IMG/VR virus record: IMGVR_UViG_2554235236_000002
DNA from: a virus
Length of the DNA: 42,166 nt
Strand: one strand, 5' to 3'
Shown: piece after piece, positions 8,436-19,700 of the stretch
Layout of the letters: each line of letters starts with the position of its first letter
Numbering within the stretch: the stretch's first letter is position 1
Translations under genes and position numbers: made by a program
Notes under the pieces: generated by a model
What the model was told of the DNA's origin: nothing
Database searches by the model: none
The model's input: only the letters and a program-made list of their open reading frames with translations

Positions 8436-9014
8436 TTAGAAAAACCATTCCATAACATGCCTAATCCAAAAAGCTATACTTCTTGCTGTGGTATCTTTTA
8501 TACCAGTACCTTTAAGTGCATTAGCTGCTGCGCCTTCAATATTATCCCATGCTAATGATTCGTATTTTAAAAGTTTCTTTAATGCTGGTTCAACATATTT
8601 GTTAAAGCGTTTCTCTAAAGTGTTTCTGTGTCTTTTTCCAGCAACACTTTGGAATATTCTAAATAGCTTATCCTTGTTTTTAAGAACCGTTTTAATTGTT
8701 GCTTTTACAGCTTTTGTTGTGCCAGCTTGTGTTTTCATGACAGGCTCTTGTTGCTTTGCAAGCTGCTGGGTTTTAAACATTAAAGTGCTAAAATTCGAAA
8801 ATAGAGCATCAAGTTCCTGATCTTCAGTTAGAGCACCATTTTCAAATAAAACACTATCATTATGTGTCACATATGTAATTTTATTATTTCCAGACGGCTC
8901 ATGGATTTGAAGACTTTCACTTTCCTTAGCTTTGGCCATTGGCGTTAGTGAAGATGCAATCAAAGTAAAAGCAACACTTGAAAGTAAAACTTTTGTAGGT
9001 ATGTTGATTTTCAT
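8436..9014 (-). CDS. Secreted protein with cationic amphipathic C-terminus (bacteriocin/toxin-like)
   Basis: Sec signal peptide ending AKA; Lys/Arg-rich helical C-terminal half; RBS AAAGGAG. Confidence 0.7.
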   Translation of the reverse strand: MKINIPTKVLLSSVAFTLIASSLTPMAKAKESESLQIHEPSGNNKITYVTHNDSVLFENGALTEDQELDALFSNFSTLMFKTQQLAKQQEPVMKTQAGTTKAVKATIKTVLKNKDKLFRIFQSVAGKRHRNTLEKRFNKYVEPALKKLLKYESLAWDNIEGAAANALKGTGIKDTTARSIAFWIRHVMEWFF

Positions 9015-9388
9015 TATAACAAACTCCTTTACAATTAAAATAAGAAGAACACCCTAAAATAAAGATTCACTGCCTTAGATATTTATACTCACCTTCCTTT
9101 TTTGGTATATTTAGGGTATGTAAATTGTATCAATTAACGACAATAATATACAATAGTAAATTGTTAATTTAATGGAAAATGATTTTAAATTCCTTCAAAT
9201 GAACAGGTTAAAAGTCCTTAATATCGGTTGTGATAAATCAATTAACGGTATATTTGAACGATTCAGGAGAGTTTGACTGTCTATTAAAGCAATAGGAGGT
9301 AAGAGAGATGATTAATGTCATAGGAGGGTGGCTTATAGGCGTAAAAGTTGGAGGTCAAAATGATTTTTGAATAATGTTGAAAAAACAA

Positions 9389-9417
9389 TAGACAAACACA
9401 AATTAAAAGTATATAAT
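9389..9417 (+). promoter_or_regulatory. Conserved sigmaA-type phage promoter (SPBRE-like), copy 1
   Basis: TAGACA-AACACAAATTAAAAGTA(17)-TATAAT. Confidence 0.9.
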
Positions 9418-9448
9418 GGAAACATACTGATGAGAAAGAGGTGATTAT

Positions 9449-9781
9449 ATGAAAATGCTTAAGGTGTCAGAAGACGCTCTAAATTATTACAGGGAGTGCG
9501 TCAAGGGGAACAAAAACATAAGTGAAGATCAGGCAAGAGCAAAGCTCACTCGGAATGTTAACTTAGTACAAGCTGAGGCTCCAGAGAGGATATTGCGTAG
9601 CGGGCTCTTATCTAAGGTTTACATGTATCATGATCTTCATATTACTGTCAGAAATGGCAAGGTGATTAAAATCGTAAATTTTAAGAGACCGAGATTTTCA
9701 AAGAAAAGATACATAGAGTTATCAAAAGCTTTAGGAATTAAAGACATCAAGTATTACAGGAAGCATTGTGCAACCAGGTAA
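9449..9781 (+). CDS. yorE: Basic phage protein at the head of the replication operon
   Basis: Synteny; RBS AGAGGTGA. Confidence 0.7.
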   Translation: MKMLKVSEDALNYYRECVKGNKNISEDQARAKLTRNVNLVQAEAPERILRSGLLSKVYMYHDLHITVRNGKVIKIVNFKRPRFSKKRYIELSKALGIKDIKYYRKHCATR

Positions 9782-9863
9782 CATACATATGAGATCTAGA
9801 ATAACATTGCGTATATTGATTCGATTATACATCAATTAAAAGAACAAAAGGGAGTGTTGTAAA

Positions 9864-10775
9864 GTGTCAGAAAATCAAACAGTATTGCGTGAAGCAGAAA
9901 ACAAAGTAGTTTTAGAGGGGTTGCTTCTAGAAGTTCGTCACAACGAATGGAAAAGTGGAGAAGGGTTAAATATTGAACTAGATATCGAAACAGCTCCAAA
10001 CGAAGTGCATACTGTCACTGGAATGTCAAAGTATAAAAAAGAAGACGGCTCAGATAATGGGATTGCTAAGGGTTATAAAACAATAATTAATGACTATAAG
10101 TCTGTAGCTACTCATGGTAAAGAAGAAGCTGACAAAGTTAGAATAACACAAGGGAAAATTGGACTAAATGAATTTTATGTCCAAGACAATTTAAAGTCAT
10201 ACCCGCAATTGTCGACTAACTTTGTTAACCGGTTAAAATCAGATGAAGAATACAATCCGAGAGCAAAGTTTGAAGTTGAATTATTTGTAAAAGGGGTTAA
10301 AGAAGAAAAAGTGAAAGGGGAGGAAACGGGAAGAGTTCTATTGGAAGGATACATTCCTTTATATGGAGGAAAAATTATCCCCTTTACATTTGCGGTAACA
10401 AAAGAGGGTTCTGATTACGTAGAAAAGAATTACGAAAAGGGGAACACAGTTAAAGTATTCGGGGATATCATTAATTTTAAAGAAGTGAAAGTGACCGTTC
10501 AAGAATCAGCATTTGGAAAAGACAAAGAAAACATTACATATAACACAAAGCGTGAATTCTTAATTACAGGTGGCTTTGAACCATATGACGAAGACGATAA
10601 AGCAGCTTTTGACGAAGCAGCAGTTAAAGCAGCATTGACTGAAAGAGAACTTAAACTAGAGGAAATGAAGAATGACACTAAGAAAAGCAATAAAAATGAG
10701 AAGAAAACTGGATTCGGAGGGAAAGCAGTCACAGGCTCTTCTCAATCGATCTCTAAAGATGATTTGCCATTTTAA
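9864..10775 (+). CDS. yorF: SSB-like OB-fold protein
   Basis: C-terminal DDLPF tail; synteny. Confidence 0.8.
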   Translation: MSENQTVLREAENKVVLEGLLLEVRHNEWKSGEGLNIELDIETAPNEVHTVTGMSKYKKEDGSDNGIAKGYKTIINDYKSVATHGKEEADKVRITQGKIGLNEFYVQDNLKSYPQLSTNFVNRLKSDEEYNPRAKFEVELFVKGVKEEKVKGEETGRVLLEGYIPLYGGKIIPFTFAVTKEGSDYVEKNYEKGNTVKVFGDIINFKEVKVTVQESAFGKDKENITYNTKREFLITGGFEPYDEDDKAAFDEAAVKAALTERELKLEEMKNDTKKSNKNEKKTGFGGKAVTGSSQSISKDDLPF

Positions 10776-10827
10776 TAATTAATGGCTATTAAGAAAGCAA
10801 TATAAAATAATTAAAAGGAGAATATAG

Positions 10828-11799
10828 ATGGCGATAGACATTTTTAACCCTCAGATTTCTGTAGTAGCAAAAGGACTTGAAGGAAAAGTTATTACGATAT
10901 ACGGATCTAACAACTTAGGGAAAACAAAGCAAAGCACCAGAATGAAAAAGCCACTTTATCTTCCATTTGAAAAAGGATTGAACGCAATTGCTGGAGTCCC
11001 TTTCATGCCGATTAATAGCTGGGGAGATTTCAAAAAAGTGAACAAACAGCTTACAAAAAATCCCGAAAAGGCTAAAGAAGCTTATCAAACCATAATTGTT
11101 GATGAAGTTGATGCTTTCTCAAAATATGCTACGAGATATGTATGTGACCAATATGATGTTGATCGAATTAAGGATGGAAACGATGGATTTGGTTTATGGA
11201 AAGAGTATGAAACCGAAATCTGGGAGGAAATTAACAAACTCTTAAATGTAGGATTTACTGTTGTCTTTATTGCTCACGCAACCGAAGATAAGGATGGGAA
11301 AATCATTCCTAAAGGGGATAAGCGAGTGCTCGCACCAGTAATCGATAATAGCGATATAGTCTTATTTCTTAGCTCAAATGGTGTGGATGAAGATAACAGG
11401 GTAATTAAATCTAGTGCTTGGTTAGCTGAAACAAAGAAATTTTTTGCTCGAAGCCGTTTTGATTATATTGATACATACATTGAGGAGTTTACTGCTGAGA
11501 ACCTTGAAAAGGCTGTTATCGAAGCAATTAAACGACAAGAAGAAGCAGAGGGGATTCAGGCCGTTACATATGAAGAACAGAAGCAAAAGAACTCATCAGA
11601 GAAATTGGACTATGACCAATTAATGGAGCAGATAATCGAAATCGGCACAAAGCTAAGCGAAGAAGGCAGACTTGAGGAAGTAAATGAGGTAACCGAAAAG
11701 CATCTCGGTCAAGGGGCGAGGGTAACAGAATGTACGAAAAAACAGACAGATGTAATGTCAGTTATTTTAGACGATCTTAAAGACCTTCTTGAAAATTAA
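10828..11799 (+). CDS. yorG: AAA-family ATPase (Sak4-like)
   Basis: Walker A GSNNLGKT, Walker B IIVDE; synteny. Confidence 0.85.
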   Translation: MAIDIFNPQISVVAKGLEGKVITIYGSNNLGKTKQSTRMKKPLYLPFEKGLNAIAGVPFMPINSWGDFKKVNKQLTKNPEKAKEAYQTIIVDEVDAFSKYATRYVCDQYDVDRIKDGNDGFGLWKEYETEIWEEINKLLNVGFTVVFIAHATEDKDGKIIPKGDKRVLAPVIDNSDIVLFLSSNGVDEDNRVIKSSAWLAETKKFFARSRFDYIDTYIEEFTAENLEKAVIEAIKRQEEAEGIQAVTYEEQKQKNSSEKLDYDQLMEQIIEIGTKLSEEGRLEEVNEVTEKHLGQGARVTECTKKQTDVMSVILDDLKDLLEN

Positions 11800-11804
11800 G
11801 GCGC

Positions 11805-11831
11805 GAGGGAGTTTATCTCCCTCATTATTTT
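11805..11831 (+). terminator. Intra-operon hairpin, possible weak terminator
   Basis: GAGGGAG-TTTAT-CTCCCTC followed by ATTATTTT. Confidence 0.45.
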
Positions 11832-11845
11832 AAAGAGGTGGGTAT

Positions 11846-12316
11846 ATGGCACGTCGAGTTAAATGTCCATACTGCGAAACTTATTTAGACAAAGATGATG
11901 CAATCCCTTATAAAAAAAGATATTATCACCAGCATTGTTTTGATACCTGGAAGATGGAAGCAGAACATCGGAAAGAGTTAATTAAATACATATGTGAACT
12001 ATATAAGATTGATGCACCAACTGGAATGATGTTAAAACAGATTAAAGGATTCCAGGAAGAATACAAATACAAATTAAAAGGTATAGAGTTAGCTTTAAGG
12101 TACTTTCATGAAACGCTGGGGAATCCTGTCCGTGAAGGAGATGGATTGGGAATAGTCCCATTCATTTATGAAGAAGCAAAAGCGGACTATCTTCAGAAAA
12201 AGGCGATTAAAGAATCAGTTGAAAAAGCAAAAAAACACAAACCAAAAGAAAGAATTGTTGTAATAAAAAAACAAAATAGAAAAAATATAAAGATTGTTGA
12301 TATATCTACTTTGTAG
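11846..12316 (+). CDS. yorH: Zinc-finger protein, putative helicase loader
   Basis: CPYC...HQHC; lies upstream of helicase. Confidence 0.75.
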   Translation: MARRVKCPYCETYLDKDDAIPYKKRYYHQHCFDTWKMEAEHRKELIKYICELYKIDAPTGMMLKQIKGFQEEYKYKLKGIELALRYFHETLGNPVREGDGLGIVPFIYEEAKADYLQKKAIKESVEKAKKHKPKERIVVIKKQNRKNIKIVDISTL

Positions 12317-12330
12317 AAAGGGGAGTTCAA

Positions 12331-13845
12331 TTGCTACAAGATAAAAAAGCAATTATTCAAGTGTTAGGCAGTATATTAAAGGAGCCCTCTCTTTTATCAG
12401 ACAGCAACAAATATCAAATTACAGCAAACGATTTCCCTGAACGCTTTCATTCAATTCTTTTTTTTGCGATGTATAATTTATTTCACCAGGGAACAGAAGT
12501 TATTAATGAAATTGAAATTGATGGCTATCTTAGAGATTTCGATATACAATACAAAATTTTCAATGAAAACAACGGACATGATTATGTCGAGCAAATTCAA
12601 AAGTTAGCTGTAGTTGAAAACTTTGATTATTATTACACAAGGCTGAAAAAATTTAGCCTTTTAAGAGAGATGGTCGGCTTAGGCTTTAATATTGATGAAA
12701 TATACGATGAGTCCATAATTGATCCCAAAGAACAAGAAGTCATGAAAGAGAAATTCGACAAAACATCTATCGAAGACATTCTTTCCTTTTATGAAATGAA
12801 AATTGTTGATATTAAAGAGAAGTTTAGCACAAACCCTGAAAGCATTGGAATTCAAGGTGGAGAGGGAGTAGACGAGCTACTCAAACGACTTGAAGATTCA
12901 CCGGACATTGGAGTACCTATGAACAGTGAGATGTTAACATCTATTTTTCGTGGTTCTAGGAAAAAGAAATTTTATTTAAGGTCAAGTATGACTGGTGGAG
13001 GAAAAACCCGTAATATGGTAGCTGATGCTTGCAGGCTTAGTGCAACTGAATTATATGATCTAAAGCAGAATAAATGGGTTAAAAACGATTTTCAAGAAAA
13101 GTCGGTAGTTATTTCTACAGAAATGATTTCTGAAGAACTGCAAAGTTTAGCTTTGGCATATATCAGTGGAGTTGAAGAAAAAAAAATACTCAGGAACACC
13201 ACAACAGAAGATGAAAAAACGCGTGTGAAAAAAGCTGCTGAGGTGTTAAAAGAGTCGCCTATTTGGTTCGAGCATTTACCAGATTTCAATATTAAAGAGA
13301 TAGAGAGAACAATTGAAAAAAACGTAATCAGAAATGAAGTCGAATACGTTTATTTTGATTATATTCATTCCTCTGTAACGATTTTTGCTGAAATGAGTAA
13401 GAAAAGCGGGATTAATTTAAGAGAAGATCAAATATTATTGCTTATGTCGGATAAGCTTAAGGGACTTTGCAACAAGTATGACATCTATATGATGAGCGCA
13501 ACACAGTTAAATGGTGATTGGAAAGATGCATGGCTAAGAGGGCTTCAAATTGATGCTACATATTTAAGAGGGAGTAAAGCGATTGCCGATAAAACTGATG
13601 CTGCAATGATTGTTTTGCCATTAAGTAAAAAAGAAAAAGATGCTATTGGCGCCATCTTAGAATCTGGCTTCTATCCGGAGCCTAACTTCGTTACTCATGT
13701 GTTTAAAAACAGAGGGAATGAACACGATAAAGTCAAAGTCTTTTCACATATTGATATGGGTACTATGAGAATAAAAGATTGCTTTGTCACAGATGTGGAC
13801 AATAAATTAATCCAAATCGAGAAATTAATTATAAAAGCAGGGTAG
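12331..13845 (+). CDS. yorI: DnaB-like replicative helicase
   Basis: TGGGKT, STEM, YFDYI, ATQLN, RGSKAI motifs. Confidence 0.92.
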   Translation: MLQDKKAIIQVLGSILKEPSLLSDSNKYQITANDFPERFHSILFFAMYNLFHQGTEVINEIEIDGYLRDFDIQYKIFNENNGHDYVEQIQKLAVVENFDYYYTRLKKFSLLREMVGLGFNIDEIYDESIIDPKEQEVMKEKFDKTSIEDILSFYEMKIVDIKEKFSTNPESIGIQGGEGVDELLKRLEDSPDIGVPMNSEMLTSIFRGSRKKKFYLRSSMTGGGKTRNMVADACRLSATELYDLKQNKWVKNDFQEKSVVISTEMISEELQSLALAYISGVEEKKILRNTTTEDEKTRVKKAAEVLKESPIWFEHLPDFNIKEIERTIEKNVIRNEVEYVYFDYIHSSVTIFAEMSKKSGINLREDQILLLMSDKLKGLCNKYDIYMMSATQLNGDWKDAWLRGLQIDATYLRGSKAIADKTDAAMIVLPLSKKEKDAIGAILESGFYPEPNFVTHVFKNRGNEHDKVKVFSHIDMGTMRIKDCFVTDVDNKLIQIEKLIIKAG

Positions 13846-13861
13846 TGGGGTGTAAAGCCCT

Positions 13862-14995
13862 TTGAGATATGAAAAAGATAAATTAAAAGAAAGTTTATCA
13901 ATTAAAGACATACATAAGATTTTGCAAGAACTTGGCAGTGAGACATATAAAATAGATAGCAGCGGAAATCCAATCTACAGAACAGTCTGCCACAATAAGA
14001 CAAAGGGGAGTTTTAAGCTTTATTACTACCATGAAAAACAGCAGTTTCACTGTTATACAGAATGTGGAGACACTTTTGATATTTATGAGCTGGTAATCAG
14101 GGCTAAAAAGCAGCAAGGGATTTCTTTCACCTTTACACAAGCGATTGAATTTGTGGTTAATGTGTCAGGCAAAACTTTTGGACTGGGTTTTACGCCTTCA
14201 GCTAAAAATGAACATATTGTTGACGATTGGGATTGGATTTCCAAGTTTAAAAAACGCAAAAAAATTGAAACGAGGCTACCAGCATACAGCGAAACTGTCC
14301 TGGATGTTTTTATGAAACATCCCCATGAGGCATGGCTTAACGAAGGGATTAGTCATGAAACCATTATAGATTTCGAAATCGGGTACTATTTTCGGAACCG
14401 AGAGGAAGGAATTGTAATTCCTCATAGAGATATCGATGGAAGGCTAATTGGCATAAGAAGACGCTCAATGATCCAAGAAGACGTAGACAATGGACGAAAG
14501 TATATGCCGTTAACCGTCGGGAATACGATGTACAATCATCAAACAGTAATGAACCTGTATGGATTACATAAAACACAAAAAGCAATTAAGCGCTTGAAAA
14601 AAGCAATGCTTTTCGAATCGGAAAAATCAGTTTTAAAATGTCAAGATTTTTATGGAGATTTGAATTTTACCTGCGCTGTTTGTTCAAACAATATTTCAAA
14701 TTTCCATAGAGACATTCTTCTTTCGTTAGATGTAGATGAAGTGTTTATTGCCTTAGATAAATTTAGAGGGATTAAGGAAGGAGAGAGCAACGAAAAGTAC
14801 AAAGAAAAGCTAAAAAATTATGAAGAAAAAATTTTGAAATTAGCAGCAAAATTTACACCATTTATGCGCGTATATGTTCTCTGGGATACAAAAGGATTAC
14901 TTGACTTTAAAGACAGCCCAGCTGACAAAGGGAAGGAAGTTCTTGAGGAGTTGATGAGTAATAAAATTGAAATTGGAACAAGAGAAGGTGAATAG
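13862..14995 (+). CDS. yorJ: DNA primase
   Basis: CH...CxxxC zinc domain, TOPRIM FESEKS...ALD. Confidence 0.88.
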   Translation: MRYEKDKLKESLSIKDIHKILQELGSETYKIDSSGNPIYRTVCHNKTKGSFKLYYYHEKQQFHCYTECGDTFDIYELVIRAKKQQGISFTFTQAIEFVVNVSGKTFGLGFTPSAKNEHIVDDWDWISKFKKRKKIETRLPAYSETVLDVFMKHPHEAWLNEGISHETIIDFEIGYYFRNREEGIVIPHRDIDGRLIGIRRRSMIQEDVDNGRKYMPLTVGNTMYNHQTVMNLYGLHKTQKAIKRLKKAMLFESEKSVLKCQDFYGDLNFTCAVCSNNISNFHRDILLSLDVDEVFIALDKFRGIKEGESNEKYKEKLKNYEEKILKLAAKFTPFMRVYVLWDTKGLLDFKDSPADKGKEVLEELMSNKIEIGTREGE

Positions 14996-14998
14996 TTT

Positions 14999-16720
14999 TT
15001 GAAATATAAATTAATTGGCAATAATGATTTTTGTTTTTCTCCTCTAAAAACCATACTTAAGAACAGAGGAATTGAAGATATAGAAGGTTTTTTAAGTTTA
15101 TCTGAGGACGCAGTAAATCATTATTCTAACCTTATTAATATTGATGAAGCAGCAGAATGTTTAATAAAGCATCTCAGAAAAAAGGCTAGAATTTTTATTC
15201 AGGTAGACAGTGACGTTGATGGAGTTACTTCAAGCTCTATTATTATTAACTACATAAAGATAGTGTTCCCTGAGGCCAATATTGAATGGAGAATGCATGA
15301 AGGAAAGCAACACGGGATAATTTTAGAAACTATACCTAAAGGCGTGGATCTTGTCTTAATACCCGATGCAGGCTCTAATCAATTTGAAGAACATCTCGTC
15401 CTTAGGCAAAAAGGGATCGATGTAATAGTAATTGATCACCACGAGTGTGATAAGGAGTCCAAAAATGCAATTGAGGTAAATAATCAGCTCTCACCGAAGT
15501 ATAAAAATAAAGCTTTGACTGGTGCGGGTATGGCATATAAGCTCTGCCAAGCTTTAGATGATAAACTCGGAAAAAATGAAGCAAAACGATTTATAGATCT
15601 TGTGTCTGTCGGTAACATTGCGGATTCGGCAGACTCAAGGGAGCCAGAGACGCGATACTATATGAATCAAGGTCTCAAAAGGCTAAGGAATCCTTTGATT
15701 AAAGAGCTCTTTATAAAACAAGCGTACTCAACCAAAGGAAAAAAGAACATACAGAACACACAGTTCTATATCAACCCGTTAATTAATGCAGCCATTCGAA
15801 TAGGCTCCCAAGAAGAGAAAGCTCAGATGATGAGGTCGCTGCTCGAATCTAATGAAGAGATATATTACAAAAAACGCGGAAAAGATGAGGCGGAACTGGT
15901 ATCGATTCATTGGGATACAGCGAGGATTCTGGGGAATATTAAGCAGCGCCAAAAGAAATTGGTTGACAGTGCAGTTTTTGAAATCGAGAAGCGGATTGAA
16001 GAAAAAGGACTGTTGAAAAATAAGATTTTAATAGTTTATATTGAAGGAATCTTAAACAAGAACTTAACAGGGCTTGTTGCGAATCAGTTGGCAGCTGAAT
16101 ACAAAAGACCAGTTTTATTGGCCAGGGAACTTGAAGATGGAACTCTAGGAGGATCAGGAAGAGGATATGACAAAGGGGCAGTTAAAAATTTTAAGCAGCT
16201 CTTAGAGGAAACAGGTAAATTCGAGTTTGTCGAGGGACATGCTGAAGCATTTGGATTTAGCATAACACCAGAAAATTTAGTTCAGGTCAATGATATTCTT
16301 AATCACAAATTGAAAGATATTGTGATTAATCAAAATGAGTATGAAGTTGATTTTAAGATTGCTGCAGACAACCTCACTGACCGATTTATTAAGCTAATCA
16401 ATAGTTACCAAGACTATTGGGGATACAAAGTTGAGGAACCGTTGCTCGCCATTACTGATATTGAAATAAACAAAGAAGATATCAGTCATATCGGAAAAAA
16501 AACAAAGAACACTGTAAAGTTCAAGGTTGGCGGAATTGAGTACATGAAATTTAAAAGCGACGAGGAATTTTATGAATCTCTCATCAATAGAGGAGATCAA
16601 TTGGTTCTTACTGTAATCGGAAAAGCTAAAGTAAATGAATACAAGGGTAAAGAAACACCTCAGATCGAAATCGAAGAGATGGAGGTGGTGAAAGTTAAGA
16701 AAAAAGCACTTGTTTTTTAA
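14999..16720 (+). CDS. yorK: RecJ-like ssDNA exonuclease (DHH)
   Basis: DSDVDG, DHH, GSGR, GHAEAFG. Confidence 0.92.
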   Translation: MKYKLIGNNDFCFSPLKTILKNRGIEDIEGFLSLSEDAVNHYSNLINIDEAAECLIKHLRKKARIFIQVDSDVDGVTSSSIIINYIKIVFPEANIEWRMHEGKQHGIILETIPKGVDLVLIPDAGSNQFEEHLVLRQKGIDVIVIDHHECDKESKNAIEVNNQLSPKYKNKALTGAGMAYKLCQALDDKLGKNEAKRFIDLVSVGNIADSADSREPETRYYMNQGLKRLRNPLIKELFIKQAYSTKGKKNIQNTQFYINPLINAAIRIGSQEEKAQMMRSLLESNEEIYYKKRGKDEAELVSIHWDTARILGNIKQRQKKLVDSAVFEIEKRIEEKGLLKNKILIVYIEGILNKNLTGLVANQLAAEYKRPVLLARELEDGTLGGSGRGYDKGAVKNFKQLLEETGKFEFVEGHAEAFGFSITPENLVQVNDILNHKLKDIVINQNEYEVDFKIAADNLTDRFIKLINSYQDYWGYKVEEPLLAITDIEINKEDISHIGKKTKNTVKFKVGGIEYMKFKSDEEFYESLINRGDQLVLTVIGKAKVNEYKGKETPQIEIEEMEVVKVKKKALVF

Positions 16721-16735
16721 ATGGGAGGGAATGCT

Positions 16736-19700
16736 GTGATTGGATGTCATTGTCACACATGTAAAAGCAACATCAGGCTGCTGGATTCCACCAATTCAGT
16801 AAAAGGGTTGCTTGAAACAGCGCTAGAAATGAATTATAAAGGACTAGCTATAACAGATCATGAAGTTCTGTCAGCGCATCTGGAAGCAATTCAGACTGTC
16901 CGAAGCATGAAAAAAGAGGGGGAAATGCCTCAAGATTTTAAACTTATCCTTGGCAATGAAGCATATCTGGTTGATTCTTTAGAAGAAGTTAGAGACAGCT
17001 ACCAGCCTGGTAAAACAAAATTTCCTCACTTCTTAATGCTGGCTGTTGATGAAAAAGGACATGAACAGCTAAGGATTTTATCATCTAAAGCATGGGAAAA
17101 TTCTTTCTACACTGGAACTATGGAAAGAGTACCTACAGTGAAAAAAGACGTGGAAGATCTTCTCAAGAAAGATCCTGGCCACATTATTGCAACCACGGCA
17201 TGTCTAGGGTCGGAAGTGAATATTTACTTACAGAAGATCATGGAAGTTGAAAAGAACGATGGAGATCCTGAACTAATTAAAGAATACAAATTAAAAATAC
17301 ATCAGTTTATTACTTGGTGTATTGATGTATTTGGGAAAGATAAATTTTTTATTGAGTTGCAACCTGCTTTGAGTGAGGAGCAGATTTATTGTAATAAAAA
17401 GTTGGTTCAGATAGCTGATGGCTATGGCTTAAAAAGAATAGTAACCACTGATGCTCACTATTTAAGACCCGAAGACAGAGCAATACACCAAGCATTCTTG
17501 AATGCCAAAGACGGGGAAAGAGAAGTCGACTCATTTTATGAAGCTTGTTTTGTGCAAAATGTAGATGAGATCCATGAAAGAATGAATTATATCGATAAAG
17601 AGATTGTTGAAGAAGCAATTCAAAACACTCTTTTAATTGGTGAAATGATTGAAGATTATACGATTGAGCATGAGCCGATTATTCCTAAAATGGAACTGCC
17701 AAACTTCAAATTGAGGCATTTGTTTAAACCAGCCTACGATAAGTATGAATACATAAGAAAAATGTCGGAGTCAAAGGATGACCAAGACAGGTATTTATTA
17801 AAGCTTATTGAAGACGGGTTTGAAAATAAACTTCTAAAAAACGATCTAACAAGAGATGAATTTCATAAAATTCTAACTAGAATTAATGTTGAATTGGGTG
17901 AGTTATGGGAGATCAGTCAAAAGCTAAATCAATCGATGGCATCTTACTATGTAACTGTAAGGGAAATCATTAATATTATTTGGGATGATGAATGTGGGGG
18001 AGACAGTTTAGTTGGAGCCGCAAGAGGAAGTGCAGCAGGATTCTTAATCAATTACTTGCTTGATAATACACAGATTAATCCAATGCAATACGACTTGCCG
18101 CATTGGAGACACATTCATAAATCAAGACCAGATTTGCCTGATATTGATATAGATACCGAGGGGACAAAAAGAGAAAAGATACTTAAAGCACTTCGCGAAA
18201 GATTTGGAGAAAAACGTGTTCTGCAGATAGCTACTTTTGGGACTGAAGGATCTAAATCTGCACTTCAAACTGCGTGCAGAGGATTGGGAATTGATAATGA
18301 CATATCACAATTTCTGAGTGAAATGATTCCATTTGAAAGGGGATCAAACTGGCCTCTCAAACACTGTTTTTATGGAGACGTGGAAACAGGTAGAAAGCCA
18401 ATTAAAGAATTCATTAGGGAAGTTGAGCGCTATCCCAATCTCAAAGAAACTGCTCTAAAAATCGAAGGGCTAACCAATAAACGCTCATCACATGCTGCTG
18501 GGGTAATTATTTTTAATGATAAGTATACAAAGTCTAATGCAATGATGAAGACTCCTAAAGGGGCATATATTACCCAATTCAATATGGGTGACAGTGAAGC
18601 AATGGGATCTGTAAAATTTGACCTTCTTACGATTGAAGCATTAGATAAGATCCGTGTAACTCTTGATCAATTGATCGAAAACGAAGAAATTCAATGGCAG
18701 GGCTCTTTAAAAGAGACGTATAACAAATATATTCATCCTGATGTGCTTGAGTATGAAGACGCAAGGTTATGGGAAATGGCCGGGAATGGAGAAATAATGG
18801 ATTTGTTTCAGTTTTCAACGGAGGTCGGCCATCAAGCAGTAATAAAAGTTCAACCTAAAAATTTGCTTGAAGCTGCTGTTACAAATTCTTTAATGAGACT
18901 CATGTCAGATGGCGAAGAGCAACCCGTAGACACTTATGTGAAATATAAAAACAATTTGTCACTGTGGTACGAGGAAATGCGTAAATACGGCCTAAGCGAT
19001 GATGCAATAAAGGTAGTTGAGAAGCATTTAAAAGACATCTATGGGGTTGCTGATACGCAAGAAGTTGTCATGCAAATGGTAATGGATAAAGAAATAGCAG
19101 GGTTCGATATTAAGGAATCAAACTATTTAAGAAAATCCATAGCTAAGAAAAAAGAGGACGTATTAAAAGAGGTTCAGAAATTATTCTTCAAAAAGGGGAA
19201 GGAAATTGGAGCGTCAGATAACCTTTTGAATTATGTATGGAATGTTCAATTTAAAAGACAGTTTGGTTATAGTTTTAGTTTACTTCATACTTTGGCATAT
19301 TCAATCATCGCTCTACAGGAATTGAACTTAAACTATCGATATAACCCTTTATACTGGAATACAGCCTGCCTAACTGTGAACAGCGGAGGAGTCGAAAATG
19401 AAGAAGAATCTGATGACCCAGACAAAAAGAAGAAGACACAAAAAACAGATTACGGTAAAGTTGCTTCAGCAATAGGGAATATACGCCGCCGTGGAATTAA
19501 AGTTGATTTACCTGATATCAACAAGGCCGGATTTGGCTTTAAAGCCGATATTGAAAATAGCTCAATTATTTTTGGCATGAAGGGGATGAACGGTATCGGC
19601 GACGAGGTTGTTCATCAAATTATCAGCAATAGACCTTATACTGATTTTGACGACTTTCTAGAGAGAATGTACCATAGCGGTATCATAAAGAAAGGACAGG

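Noticed and set aside
8244-8820. Plus-strand ORFs 8244..8435 and 8488..8820
   Set aside because: Antisense shadows of the minus-strand pair; no RBS.
9308-9370. 20-codon mini-ORF with strong RBS AGGAGGT
   Set aside because: Too short to support; probably a gene remnant.
16009-16036. GAAAA-N6-TTTTA inside yorK
   Set aside because: Intragenic one-mismatch core. It shows that loose matches arise by chance, so it was not counted; my scan of coding regions was not exhaustive.
10499-18818. Short minus-strand ORFs within replication genes
   Set aside because: Antisense shadows without RBS or motifs.
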